Origin: an uncultured delta proteobacterium
GTDB lineage: Bacteria > Desulfobacterota > Binatia > UBA9968
Assembly (NCBI GenBank): GCA_963804165.1
Contig: CAWDPO010000046.1
Location: 160,001-224,000, forward strand
DNA length: 64,000 bases
Reading direction: 5' to 3'
Shown here: positions 53,861 through 63,039 of the stretch, piece after piece
Numbering within the stretch: position 1 is the stretch's first letter
Layout: each line of letters begins with the position of its first letter
Notes under the pieces: model-generated
What the model was told of the DNA's origin: nothing
What the model saw: the letters and a program-made list of their open reading frames with translations, nothing else
Databases searched by the model: none
Made by a program: the position numbers and the translations under genes

Positions 53861-55957
53861 CGACCTTACTTGACGCTGCGTTGTTCCATCACTCGCAAGG
53901 CTGCGCAGTCGTCGCGGTCAGCAGTAATAAAGCACCTTACCGCGGAGGTTGGGCGGAATACTTTAAACGCCGGCAGACTGAAAACGAAGTCAGAGAACTT
54001 TTCAGCAACGGAGCCTATGGCGTCGCCATGGTACTTTGGCCGGCTTCACCTTATGGCGTCCTAGATGACGATGGGCCGCACGCGGAACAGGCATGGGCAA
54101 TGCTTGGCATCGAACGACCGGAGACAGCGAAGCATAGGACGATGCACGGCGGCACACATCATTTTTTTCTTATGCCAGAAGTAGAGCTGCCGATTAAACG
54201 AAAAATCAGGCTTGCGGAGATTAAATGCGATTGCACAGACGACAAAGGAAAAGCCCACTACTGCGGCGTCGATCTGCTCATAAACGGAATTGCAGTCATA
54301 CCGCCCACACCGGGATACAGTGAGGACGCAGACCACCCCCTTGAATCAGCCGTCACCATTCCGGCAGAGATCATCGCCTTAGTTAAGGCCGAGCCCAAGG
54401 CTAAGCCGCAACCCACCGGAGATGAAAACGGGCGTGTGCATGACGGCCGGCGCAATGATACCGCGTGCAGTCTTGCCGGAACTATGCGAGCTCGCGGCAT
54501 GTCGATTGAAGCTATCCGGGCCGCACTGAAAGCAGACAACGAGGAGCGATTCGACCCACCACTTGACGACGACGAAATTGAAAACGTTTTAAAGAGCGCG
54601 GCAAGGTGGACGCCTGGAAGCGCCATCGAGCCCGAGCACCTAACCGACCTCGGCAATGCGCGCAGGCTAATTGCACAATACGGGCGAGACGTCCGTCATT
54701 CCAATCAACGCGGCTGGTTTACCTGGACCGCGAAGCGCTGGGAGCAAGACGAAAGCGGCGCTGTTGAACGATTAGCCAAGGCAACTGTTAGAAACATCTA
54801 CGGTGAGGCAGCGGCATGCGATGACAAGGACATCCGAGAGAAAATTGCTAGCCATGCTCACCGAAGCGAGTCAGAAGCGCGAATCAAAGCCATGGTTTCT
54901 CTTGCCCGGACTGAGCCCGAGATAGTTCTAAAACATGAAGACTTGGACCGTGACCCATGGTTGCTCAATGTCGCCAACGGCACGTTGAATCTTAAAACCG
55001 GCGTGCTTCAGTCGCACAGCCGAAACGATTTGATCAGTCGCTTAATCCCGATTGACTACAGTGAAGCCGCCGCTTGCCCGCGATGGCTCAGTTTTCTCGA
55101 GCGCGTCACCGAGGGCGATGACGAGCTCATAGGTTTTTTACAAAAGGCGGTAGGCTACTCATTAACCGGTCTGACACTAGAGCAAGTTATTTTCATGTTG
55201 TATGGCGTCGGCTCGAACGGCAAAAGCACTCTTCTAAATATCATCTTGGAGCTGCTAGCAGACTACGGGCGCCAGACAGGCACCGAAACCTTACTCGTAA
55301 AGCGCGGTGATCAAATTCCAAACGACGTGGCCCGGCTTGCCGGCTCGAGGTTTGTTTCAGCGGTTGAAACAGAAAGCGGCCGACGTTTGGCCAAGGATTG
55401 GTCAAGCAAATGACCGGCGGCGATCGCATGACGGCGCGTTTTTTACATCATGAGTTTTTTAGTTTCAACCCACATTCAAATTATGGCTTGCGGTAAATCA
55501 CAAGCCTAGGATCACCGGCAGTGATCACGCGATATGGCGGCGAATCCGGCTCATACCATTCACGCTAACTGTACCGGAGAGCGAGCGAGATCCGGATCTA
55601 ACCGAGAAATTGAAACAAGAATTGCCCAGCGTCTTAGCCTGGGCGGTAGCGGGCTGTCTGGCGTGGCAATCCGAAGGATTGAAGGCGCCAAAGAGAATAA
55701 CCGCGGCAACGGATGAATACCGAGATGAATCAGACATTATCGCGAGCTTCATCATCGAGCGTTGCAAAGTTGGACCGGAATGTGAAGTCAACAAGTCAGG
55801 ACTCTATGAGGCCTACGCCGAATGGTGTCAGAAGAGCGGCGAGCGACCGGTAAGCAAAAAGGAGCTAGGCGCACGGCTCTTCGAGAAAGGTTTTTCGGAT
55901 GATCGCACCATGAAAGGGCGTTTTTGGTGCGGAATTGAACTCGGAAATGACACATGA
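53857..55957 (+). CDS. P4-family primase-helicase (Prim-Pol, PriCT, D5_N, SF3 helicase); frameshifts near 55390-55480
   Basis: LDDDG, GGTHHFF, GRRNDT, LTDLGNA, NVANGTLNL, GVGSNGKST, TGGD, NHKP. Confidence 0.88.
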
Positions 55958-56061
55958 AAGCTGAAAATGACGTTCATGACACGGTTCTCGGGTTTTTTAT
56001 ATATGTAACGCGCGTATGAGAGAAAACCCTAAATCAATGTCATGTCAGTCACACGCGTCAT
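55947..56061. other. Putative replication origin (convergent ATGAC/GTCAT iterons)
   Basis: ATGAC x3 (55947, 55967, 55976); GGGTTTT..AAAACCC around an AT-rich core; GTCA(T) x4 (56039-56061). Confidence 0.6.
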
Positions 56062-56088
56062 GGGCAAGCCGTTTGTTGGGGTGACTGG

Positions 56089-56301
56089 ATGAAGCTCCTA
56101 CGTCCTGAAGAAGTCGCCGACGTCTTGGGCGTGAGCCGATCGAGCGCGAGGCGCTTGATGATTGAAAACGCAATTCCGACGGTCACGATTCGCGCCGGCA
56201 AGCGAAAGAAGATCCTGCGCGTCGATGAACAAACGCTCGAGCGCTGGGTCAAAAGCCAGAGAGAGAAGGCAAAAGAACTACGGGCGCAAGTTCATCCGTG
56301 A
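56089..56301 (+). CDS. Excisionase-like HTH protein
   Basis: LLRPEEVADVLGVSRSSARRL..LRVD..LERWV. Confidence 0.8.
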   Translation: MKLLRPEEVADVLGVSRSSARRLMIENAIPTVTIRAGKRKKILRVDEQTLERWVKSQREKAKELRAQVHP

Positions 56302-56348
56302 TTGAGCAGAACGTAACAGCATGAAGAACCCGAAAGGACTTCAAAACC

Positions 56349-56630
56349 ATGGACGTACGATTTGACGGTCGCCTGGAGTTTCGCACCGAAATTAAAAACT
56401 CCAGAAATCAAAAACTCGCCGAACTCATGGCGCGCGAAGCCTGCCGTGTCTTGGAAATCGAAGTGCCGCGGGTTCGATTCTTTTATCGTACGCGCCTGGA
56501 TCGAACGAATGCATACACTGAATACAACGGAGAGATCTGCATCGCCGATGATCTAAGCGATAAAGATACTTGCTCGGCCGTCCTTCACGAATGCCGTCAT
56601 CTTTGGCAAGCACAGCGGCCGGAATGGTGA
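56349..56630 (+). CDS. Small HExxH metallopeptidase-like protein (3' end probably frameshifted)
   Basis: NAY..GEICI..VLHECRHLWQ. Confidence 0.55.
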   Translation: MDVRFDGRLEFRTEIKNSRNQKLAELMAREACRVLEIEVPRVRFFYRTRLDRTNAYTEYNGEICIADDLSDKDTCSAVLHECRHLWQAQRPEW

Positions 56631-56744
56631 GTTCGCAGCCGTAAATTGAGAGAGCGCGACGCGCGGATGTTTGCGCTGAGTTGGCCGAGATGGTGAAGCC
56701 GTTGCCCAAAAACAAAAGAAAGTCTCACAAGGAGGAGAAAGAAA

Positions 56745-57368
56745 ATGCTCAACAAGGTAGACGAAAAAGATCCGACCGTTAAAGCGCTGCGCGCTGCGGA
56801 GCAAAGGTTAAACGAAGTTGTTGCCGCACTGCCTAGTAAACAAAAAGCGCTCGACGAGACGACACAGCGATTCATGGCGATTCGGAAATCCTCATCTTTA
56901 GAACTCGAAGCGGATGCGTTGCTTGCCAATGCGCAGAGTGAGCCGGCGATCAAGCCTGAAGATCTCGAGAGGCTCCAGCATGAGATTGATGTGTTAAACG
57001 TGGCGATCAAGCGCCAAAGGTCTGTGGTCGAAGGATTGGGCGGACAGGTTTCCGTCAAGAGGTGCGAAATAAACCACGATCGGTATGTGGATATCGAAAA
57101 GCGAATCGCGCGTGCCGTGCAGGAATTGGCAGCAGCCAACGAAGAGGAGTTAGATTTCTTCGAAGAACTTCGCGCCGCCGGGTGTTCGAACATTACCTTC
57201 CGGCCAATGCGCATCGCTGCAATCGGGGTTGCCTCGGATCCGCAGAGCCGCGCGAGCTTTCATCGGCGCGAGGTTGAGGAATTTCTTCCGGAAGCGGCAC
57301 ACCAGGGGCCGTCGCATCTTCGGGTATCTAGCCTTTTGCGAACCAGTGGCAGTCGCGCGCAGAGTTAG
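56745..57368 (+). CDS. Coiled-coil hypothetical protein
   Basis: AAGGAGGAG RBS; helical heptad pattern. Confidence 0.6.
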   Translation: MLNKVDEKDPTVKALRAAEQRLNEVVAALPSKQKALDETTQRFMAIRKSSSLELEADALLANAQSEPAIKPEDLERLQHEIDVLNVAIKRQRSVVEGLGGQVSVKRCEINHDRYVDIEKRIARAVQELAAANEEELDFFEELRAAGCSNITFRPMRIAAIGVASDPQSRASFHRREVEEFLPEAAHQGPSHLRVSSLLRTSGSRAQS

Positions 57369-57411
57369 ATCATAGTCAAAAGAAAGTTATCCCATAGGGT
57401 AGGAGAAAAAA

Positions 57412-57702
57412 ATGCCGTACAAGGCACAGATCCTGAGACCAAGAGGCTGGGTTGATCCGGAAAAAAGGCGCCCGACCGCAGCGCAGAGAGGTTATGGACG
57501 CCGTTGGCAAAAGATTCGGCGTCTAATACTTCTGCGGGATCCAATCTGCACTATTTGCCATCGGGCTCCATCCGACACCGTTGATCACATCCTCACTAAG
57601 CCGCGAGGCGGGACCGATGATGAATCAAATCTCCGCGGCACCTGTCACAGCTGCCATTCTCGCAAAACGGCAACGCATGATGATCGATGGGGGCCGCGAT
57701 GA
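57412..57702 (+). CDS. Phage HNH endonuclease, packaging-associated type
   Basis: AAQRGYGRRWQKIR..RDPICTIC..VDHI..GG..NLRGTCHSCHSRKT. Confidence 0.88.
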   Translation: MPYKAQILRPRGWVDPEKRRPTAAQRGYGRRWQKIRRLILLRDPICTICHRAPSDTVDHILTKPRGGTDDESNLRGTCHSCHSRKTATHDDRWGPR

Positions 57703-58199
57703 CCCAAGGGTATGCAATTCTTCAAAGTCTTTCGACAAGAGTACCAGTTGGCAGGCTTGTGCGCATGGCCGCGAAATTGGGATCCGGGGGTCACCCCCTA
57801 TGTCAAAACCTAGGCTCGCGTGAATATTGAGGGCAACTGGTAAACGTGGCGCAAGGTCTCCAAGAAAATGGAGTAGTTCGTAGCGAAAACGAGTCTATGA
57901 GCCTAGAAATGAGTCTGAGAAAAGTTTTTTCAATCCCAACCGGCGCAGGATGTAGCGTCGTTCTCATGGGGCGTGCTGTCTTCTCTAAGGCCGAAGCGGC
58001 GCGTGTTGGGATTATTCCACCGGGGCGGATGAAATCGGCGTTCCATCCGAGAATGGCGCGCCTTACTCCGGGCGTGCTATTCGCCCCGGACGGTCGCTAA
58101 AAATCGAGCTGACGGCACAGAAAAATGGCGAGAATAGGTAAAACCCTAAGCCAATGCGAAAAACCCCTCTAGCCAAAGCGTTGACGCTTTCGAATCGCT

Positions 58200-58397
58200 A
58201 TGCCTGAAGGCTGCGGGAACCCGCTCTGCAACCGGATGGTTGAGCAACCAATTCAACGCCGCGGCAGTCGGCGCCGATTCTGCGGCCGGCAATGCAGGTT
58301 GACGCATTGGATCCTGAAAAAGGCGGCAACGCGTCTGGCGCCTATTGAGCAGGCGCGAAGCTGGGAAATTCTGTTGAAACTGAGCCGGGAAGGGTAA
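58200..58397 (+). CDS. Small Zn-ribbon hypothetical protein
   Basis: CGNPLC..RRFCGRQCR. Confidence 0.4.
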   Translation: MPEGCGNPLCNRMVEQPIQRRGSRRRFCGRQCRLTHWILKKAATRLAPIEQARSWEILLKLSREG

Positions 58398-58721
58398 CGT
58401 CGACCATCACCGGAGGCAGCGAGCGAATCATTGACCGAGTGTGAGGTTTTTGAAAATGAGCAGAAAGAGGATGATGATTGCCATAGGAAACAAAACCCAA
58501 ATGAGTACCGTCGACCTGATAACGCTGAGGACTGTTTTGAGTGATGCGATCGCCAACGACTTCAAGGCAATTATCCCTCCGATTCTGCAGAGTAGGCAAG
58601 TATTCCTGAGATTTGTTCTGTAGCCATGTGCGGCGGCGAATTTAGCATAAAAGGCCCGCTGTTCAAGGGACTTGATCGGGAAGCGTGAACAATGACCGGG
58701 GCTATGGTATTTACGGAAGGC

Positions 58722-58937
58722 ATGACACCCAGGGTCGACACCGACAAACTCATCACCATGAGCGAAGCAGCCCGACTATTGAAGATAGGACGAACCGGAG
58801 TCCATCAAGCGATCAAACGCGGAAGATTACCGGCCATAAAATTTGGTGGCGTTCTGTTTATAAACCGGTCCGATTTGCCCAAATACCAGCGAAGCAAGTC
58901 CGTAGGCGGACGACCCAGAAAAAAGAATAAACATTAA
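58722..58937 (+). CDS. Excisionase-like HTH protein with C-terminal GRPRK tail
   Basis: LITMSEAARLLKIGRTGVHQAIKRGRLPA..GGRPRKK. Confidence 0.8.
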   Translation: MTPRVDTDKLITMSEAARLLKIGRTGVHQAIKRGRLPAIKFGGVLFINRSDLPKYQRSKSVGGRPRKKNKH

Positions 58938-59568
58938 AACCTGTGGACAATTATCCACTGGTTATAATATAACGAGGGGGTATGTTTCCCCGTGCCCCAC
59001 CCGTGCGTCTTTGTTGCTTGAAGGTCAACGGATCAACGCCTAACCACGGAGGAAAATTCAATGAACGCATATCGACAAGGCGACGTTTCAATCATGGCAG
59101 TCAACTCAGTTTCCAAAGCAGGCGCGCAAGGTAATGGGTTGCGCCCGAGATGCTGGCCAAGTGGCTGGCCCCCGGCGGTTTTAACTGAAAGGGCTCCACG
59201 TCAAAACTCTGCGGACAACTTGAACGATAGAAGTTTTATCCAAAACCGAGGTCAGGCCCAAGAGACCGATGATTAGGAAGCTGACACCGGTGACTAACAA
59301 TACTGGCGCGCGGAATGGCTTTGGAAGAATGGTCTTGAAGATCCAGTTTATGAACCAGGCGAGGATAAAGAGGCTAAGGCCTATAACAAGGCCTAGCAAA
59401 AAAATCTGCCAAACAAGCCACAAATTCTTCTCTATGCTCACCCATATAGTCTCTTCTTCCGGCTTTTGAGTCCAGAGGGCTCTAAACACGGGGAACGTTT
59501 GAAAGTTGTCAGCGGGAGTCCACAAGGACTACAACATACAAGTCACAAGGGGAGGAGGAAAATCGAAA

Positions 59569-60724
59569 ATGGAAGAAACCTTTGAACGAGTAACGGAGCG
59601 CCACGGCAAGACCGAAATACCGATCAAGCACTTCTATCGGCGCCAGTACCAGACGGCCAGCGGCGAGTGGTCGACGCTGTACTATGCACGGTTTAAGGAC
59701 TGGAAAGGGAAGTCTCGCACGTTTCCGGTTGGATCCGATATCAAGACCGCGAAGCAGGAATTGAAAGTTTACGAAGCGCGGAACATTCGCCGGGAAGATT
59801 TCGACGCGGACAAGGAACAGAAAAAGCAGGGGCTCACCTTCTCCGAATGGGCGAGCATCTATTTCCGGGACAAGATCGATCCACAGAAACGTGCTGGCGG
59901 CATTGATCGCGAAGCGTTCTTTTAAGATTCTCGCACGTTTTTTCGGGGCCATGGGACTTTCCCAGATAACGCGCAGCAAGGTGATGGAATACCGGGCAAG
60001 ACGTGGTCAGGATCCGGTCTTAAGGCGGGCAAAGATCGTCCAAGGGAGAAGGGTTTCATTCGTCACGATAAACCGCGAGCTCGCTTTTCTTAGATTCCTT
60101 TTAAACCTAGCTGAAGATGATGGCATTATCGAACGTGCGCCGAAGATCAAGCTTCCTTCTGAGAAGGACCGAAAAAGGGATAGGATCGCCACGACAGAAG
60201 AATACGAAGAGCTTCTAAGTCACATGCAGCGGCCGGCGCAGCGTGTTCTTATCGGCCTTTGCGAGACCGCCATGCGCGTGAATGAACTCTTGAAGCTTAC
60301 CTGGGAGCATATAGACGAGAAAGCAGGTTTTATACGCCTAAAAGCCGAAGAGACGAAGGAAAAGAAGCCGCGGAGTATTCCAATATCGCCAGCGCTCCGA
60401 GCGATCTTAAACGAACTCAAGGCGGAACAGCGCAAGGTGACGACGATCGCGAACAGGGTTTTTACGAGGCAGGGCCAACCAATCAAAAGCATTCGCACTG
60501 CGTTTGAGTTTGCAAGAGAGAAAGCAAAGATCATGGACCTGCGCGGCCCCGACTTCAGACATACCGCGATAACCGCTGGTCGGCGATGGGAATTCCGCGG
60601 GAAATCGTTATGGCGGCTTCAGGCATCACTCGATTCAAGTCCATGATGCGTACTGAACATCAAAGAGAACCACATCAAAGATGCTTTTTCCGTTGCAACG
60701 ACGTTGTTCACGACAATGGGTTGA
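59569..60724 (+). CDS. int: Tyrosine recombinase/integrase with several apparent frameshifts
   Basis: TINRELAFL, ETAMRVNEL, TKEK, DFRHT; SGH and HDAY recoverable in shifted frames; GGAGGAGG RBS; adjacent to attR. Confidence 0.88.
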
Positions 60725-60760
60725 AAACGCCAACGCTGCAAGCTATTGATTTTATTCTGC

Positions 60761-60849
60761 GCCCGGATGGTGGAATAGGTAGACACAAGGGACTTAAAAT
60801 CCCTCGGACCGAAAGGTCTGTGCCGGTTCGAGTCCGGCTCCGGGCACCA
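60761..60849 (+). tRNA. tRNA-Leu (anticodon UAA), contains attR
   Basis: Acceptor GCCCGGA/TCCGGGC-A-CCA; anticodon arm AGGGA-CTTAAAA-TCCCT; long variable arm; GGTTCGAGTCC. Confidence 0.97.
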
Positions 60850-61028
60850 GATGCCAGGCTGCAAACATACTTAACCCAGATTAACGCAATACGAACAGGT
60901 GAACTCGTTGCGCAAGCTGGTCGACGAAGTTTTGGCAAAGGGGAAGCGGAAGTATCGCGACGGCATGTCGAAGTGGAGTGCATTTTTGTAAGAATAATAG
61001 AGCGAATAACTCTAGGAGGAAGGAATTT

Positions 61029-61544
61029 ATGCCAAGAATAACTTTGGACCTAAACAAGGAAGCGGATCGTCAGAAAGTAAAAGGTCAGTGGCGCTTGGGA
61101 CTCGGGTTGGTGCCGGGGGAAGCCAACGAAGGGTTGGTGGCGCAGTTACTGAACACGCCGGCGCGATTGGCCGAGTATGACGACTCGAGGTGGGAGGTGT
61201 GCAGCAACATTCGTCAGAGTGTGTCTAACGGTTTTACCTTTGGCTGGTACCGCATTGCGGTGACCTTGCCGGCAGAAATCGACGGCGTCTCCGTGACCGA
61301 TTCCCGCGTTTATTTCGAGACGAACTTTGATAATTACGGAGAGGTTTGGATCGACGGAAAAATCGACCGCGCGAGCGGAGCGATCATCGGTATCAACGCG
61401 CAGTATCGAGTGGAAGTGGCGAACAAATCGGCGCCAGGTGACAAGCACGTTATTGCTTGCCTGGTTGTCAACGGTCCGCTGGCTGAACCACGAGGCGGTA
61501 TTTATATGCGCTATGCAACCTTGGCGTTCGAATCGCGAAATTAG
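61029..61544 (+). CDS. Hypothetical protein, galactose-binding-like beta-sandwich
   Basis: YDDSRW..GWYR..DNYGEVWIDG pattern; strong RBS. Confidence 0.6.
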   Translation: MPRITLDLNKEADRQKVKGQWRLGLGLVPGEANEGLVAQLLNTPARLAEYDDSRWEVCSNIRQSVSNGFTFGWYRIAVTLPAEIDGVSVTDSRVYFETNFDNYGEVWIDGKIDRASGAIIGINAQYRVEVANKSAPGDKHVIACLVVNGPLAEPRGGIYMRYATLAFESRN

Positions 61545-61616
61545 GCTGTAGAAAATGAAATCAGCGTCGAGCGACGGTTTCCGAGCCAATAAGAATGCCG
61601 AAAGCGCAAAACCACT

Positions 61617-62150
61617 ATGACTCTAAGCACCGAATTTTCTCGATTGCTGACGGATCATTTCGTCGCGTTGATCCTCGACAATGAGGTGACGGTCGGTGAG
61701 TTTGTCGTCGATCCGCCGCTCACCTGGACGCGCTTCGTCCAACAGACCGGCGTTTTTCGAGTGGCTGATGGCTATCCGAACGTCTTGACGGCGGCACAGG
61801 CCAAGTTCGAGATGAGAAATTGGGACGAGGTTTCTTTGTCGAGCATTATGCGCGCGTTGGCCGAGCTGGACGACGGCGTCGATTACGTGCTTGTGGGCAA
61901 CAACGCAGGTCAAGGTCTGCCGATGGCAAAAAGTTTGGCGCCAGGATTAATCGCCAAAAATGCCGCGATCATTTACGCCAAGAGTCTTCCGGAGAAGGCG
62001 GCCTACGAGCAACTGGGCTATCGAGCGTTTTTTCGCAGGAGTGAAGCAGTTTCCCAACTCATTCGATTGGCGAACAATTCGTCACGGCCTTTGGCTCTCT
62101 GCTTCATCAACACGATCCAACACAACGACGACAACTACCATGATCCATAA
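61617..62150 (+). CDS. Hypothetical protein
   Basis: 177-aa ORF with host-like codon usage. Confidence 0.6.
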   Translation: MTLSTEFSRLLTDHFVALILDNEVTVGEFVVDPPLTWTRFVQQTGVFRVADGYPNVLTAAQAKFEMRNWDEVSLSSIMRALAELDDGVDYVLVGNNAGQGLPMAKSLAPGLIAKNAAIIYAKSLPEKAAYEQLGYRAFFRRSEAVSQLIRLANNSSRPLALCFINTIQHNDDNYHDP

Positions 62151-62242
62151 AGCCAGGTTGCGCTGGCTCGGTTAACGGGTCACTAAGCACCATCAACTAA
62201 GCGCGGTGGCTATTCCTATTCTGGAAAAATAACCGTGAGAGG

Positions 62243-62518
62243 TTACGCGGCGCGGTTGGTTGCTTGTGCTAGATCCCCGATTGATTCTTGCATTTTTTGG
62301 GCGGCGTCCCTGTGTACGCGTTGGCGTACGGCATCGGGTTCCAACGACAAGTGGTGACAAATCCAAGTAAAACTTCCGATGGAATCGTCCTTCGAAGTAA
62401 ACCATAATCGCGCCGAGCGTGCGAGAGGATCGCGTCCGCTAAGATCGGCATGGGCTTGAAGCAGCACGTAGGCCCACAACTTTCGTTCGGGATCAGTCAT
62501 CTGTTCAGGCTCTATCAT
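62243..62518 (-). CDS. Hypothetical protein
   Basis: AAGGAG RBS; PERKLW..ARLWF..SFTWIC..L.LEPD. Confidence 0.6.
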   Translation of the reverse strand: MIEPEQMTDPERKLWAYVLLQAHADLSGRDPLARSARLWFTSKDDSIGSFTWICHHLSLEPDAVRQRVHRDAAQKMQESIGDLAQATNRAA

Positions 62519-63039
62519 TGGTCGTCACTCCTTTGACTGTTCACTACTGTTTAGCGGAATGCGCGCAAGAATCATTGAGCTTGATCAAAGACAAGTTTGT
62601 TAGCCAATGATGTCGCATACAAACGTCGAGAACCAAGGTTCTTGCCTACTTGCATTCCGCAACGGGCCTAGATCTTAGCAAGCACGGTGCCCAGACGACC
62701 TTAAATCCTTTTGCCGTCGTTAACTCCAGCATTCACGCTAAGTTGACTGCCCTTGGCGGGCAAAGCCATGTTTATACCGTTCAGAATCCAAACGGAAAAT
62801 CTTGGGCACAATCCGACAATTTTGTACCACGAGCGGCCGGCCTATAGCTCGGTCGAAGCCCCCGGGCGGTTGTTGGTGGGGGCTGCCCCATGCGATCAAA
62901 AAACTACTTCGCCCTATCCGCTGGTGATGGTGTCGTGCGTGAGGAAACTAAATTGGAAGTTTGTATTTCTTGTCTAATCCCTTGCGTGGCAATGATCTGA
63001 GCTGCATGGGCGCGCTATGCAGTCGACCATCCCTAGCGC

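Larger units (their letters stand above)
42977..60799. mobile_element. ~17.8 kb tRNA-Leu-integrated element, phage-satellite (PICI/P4)-like
   Basis: att repeats, tyrosine integrase, excisionase-like HTH genes, P4-type primase, HNH; no capsid or tail genes recognised. Confidence 0.88.

Noticed and set aside
59181-59525. Hydrophobic minus-strand ORF next to the integrase
   Set aside because: Could be a membrane-protein fragment, but the start and RBS are unconvincing and no family is recognisable.
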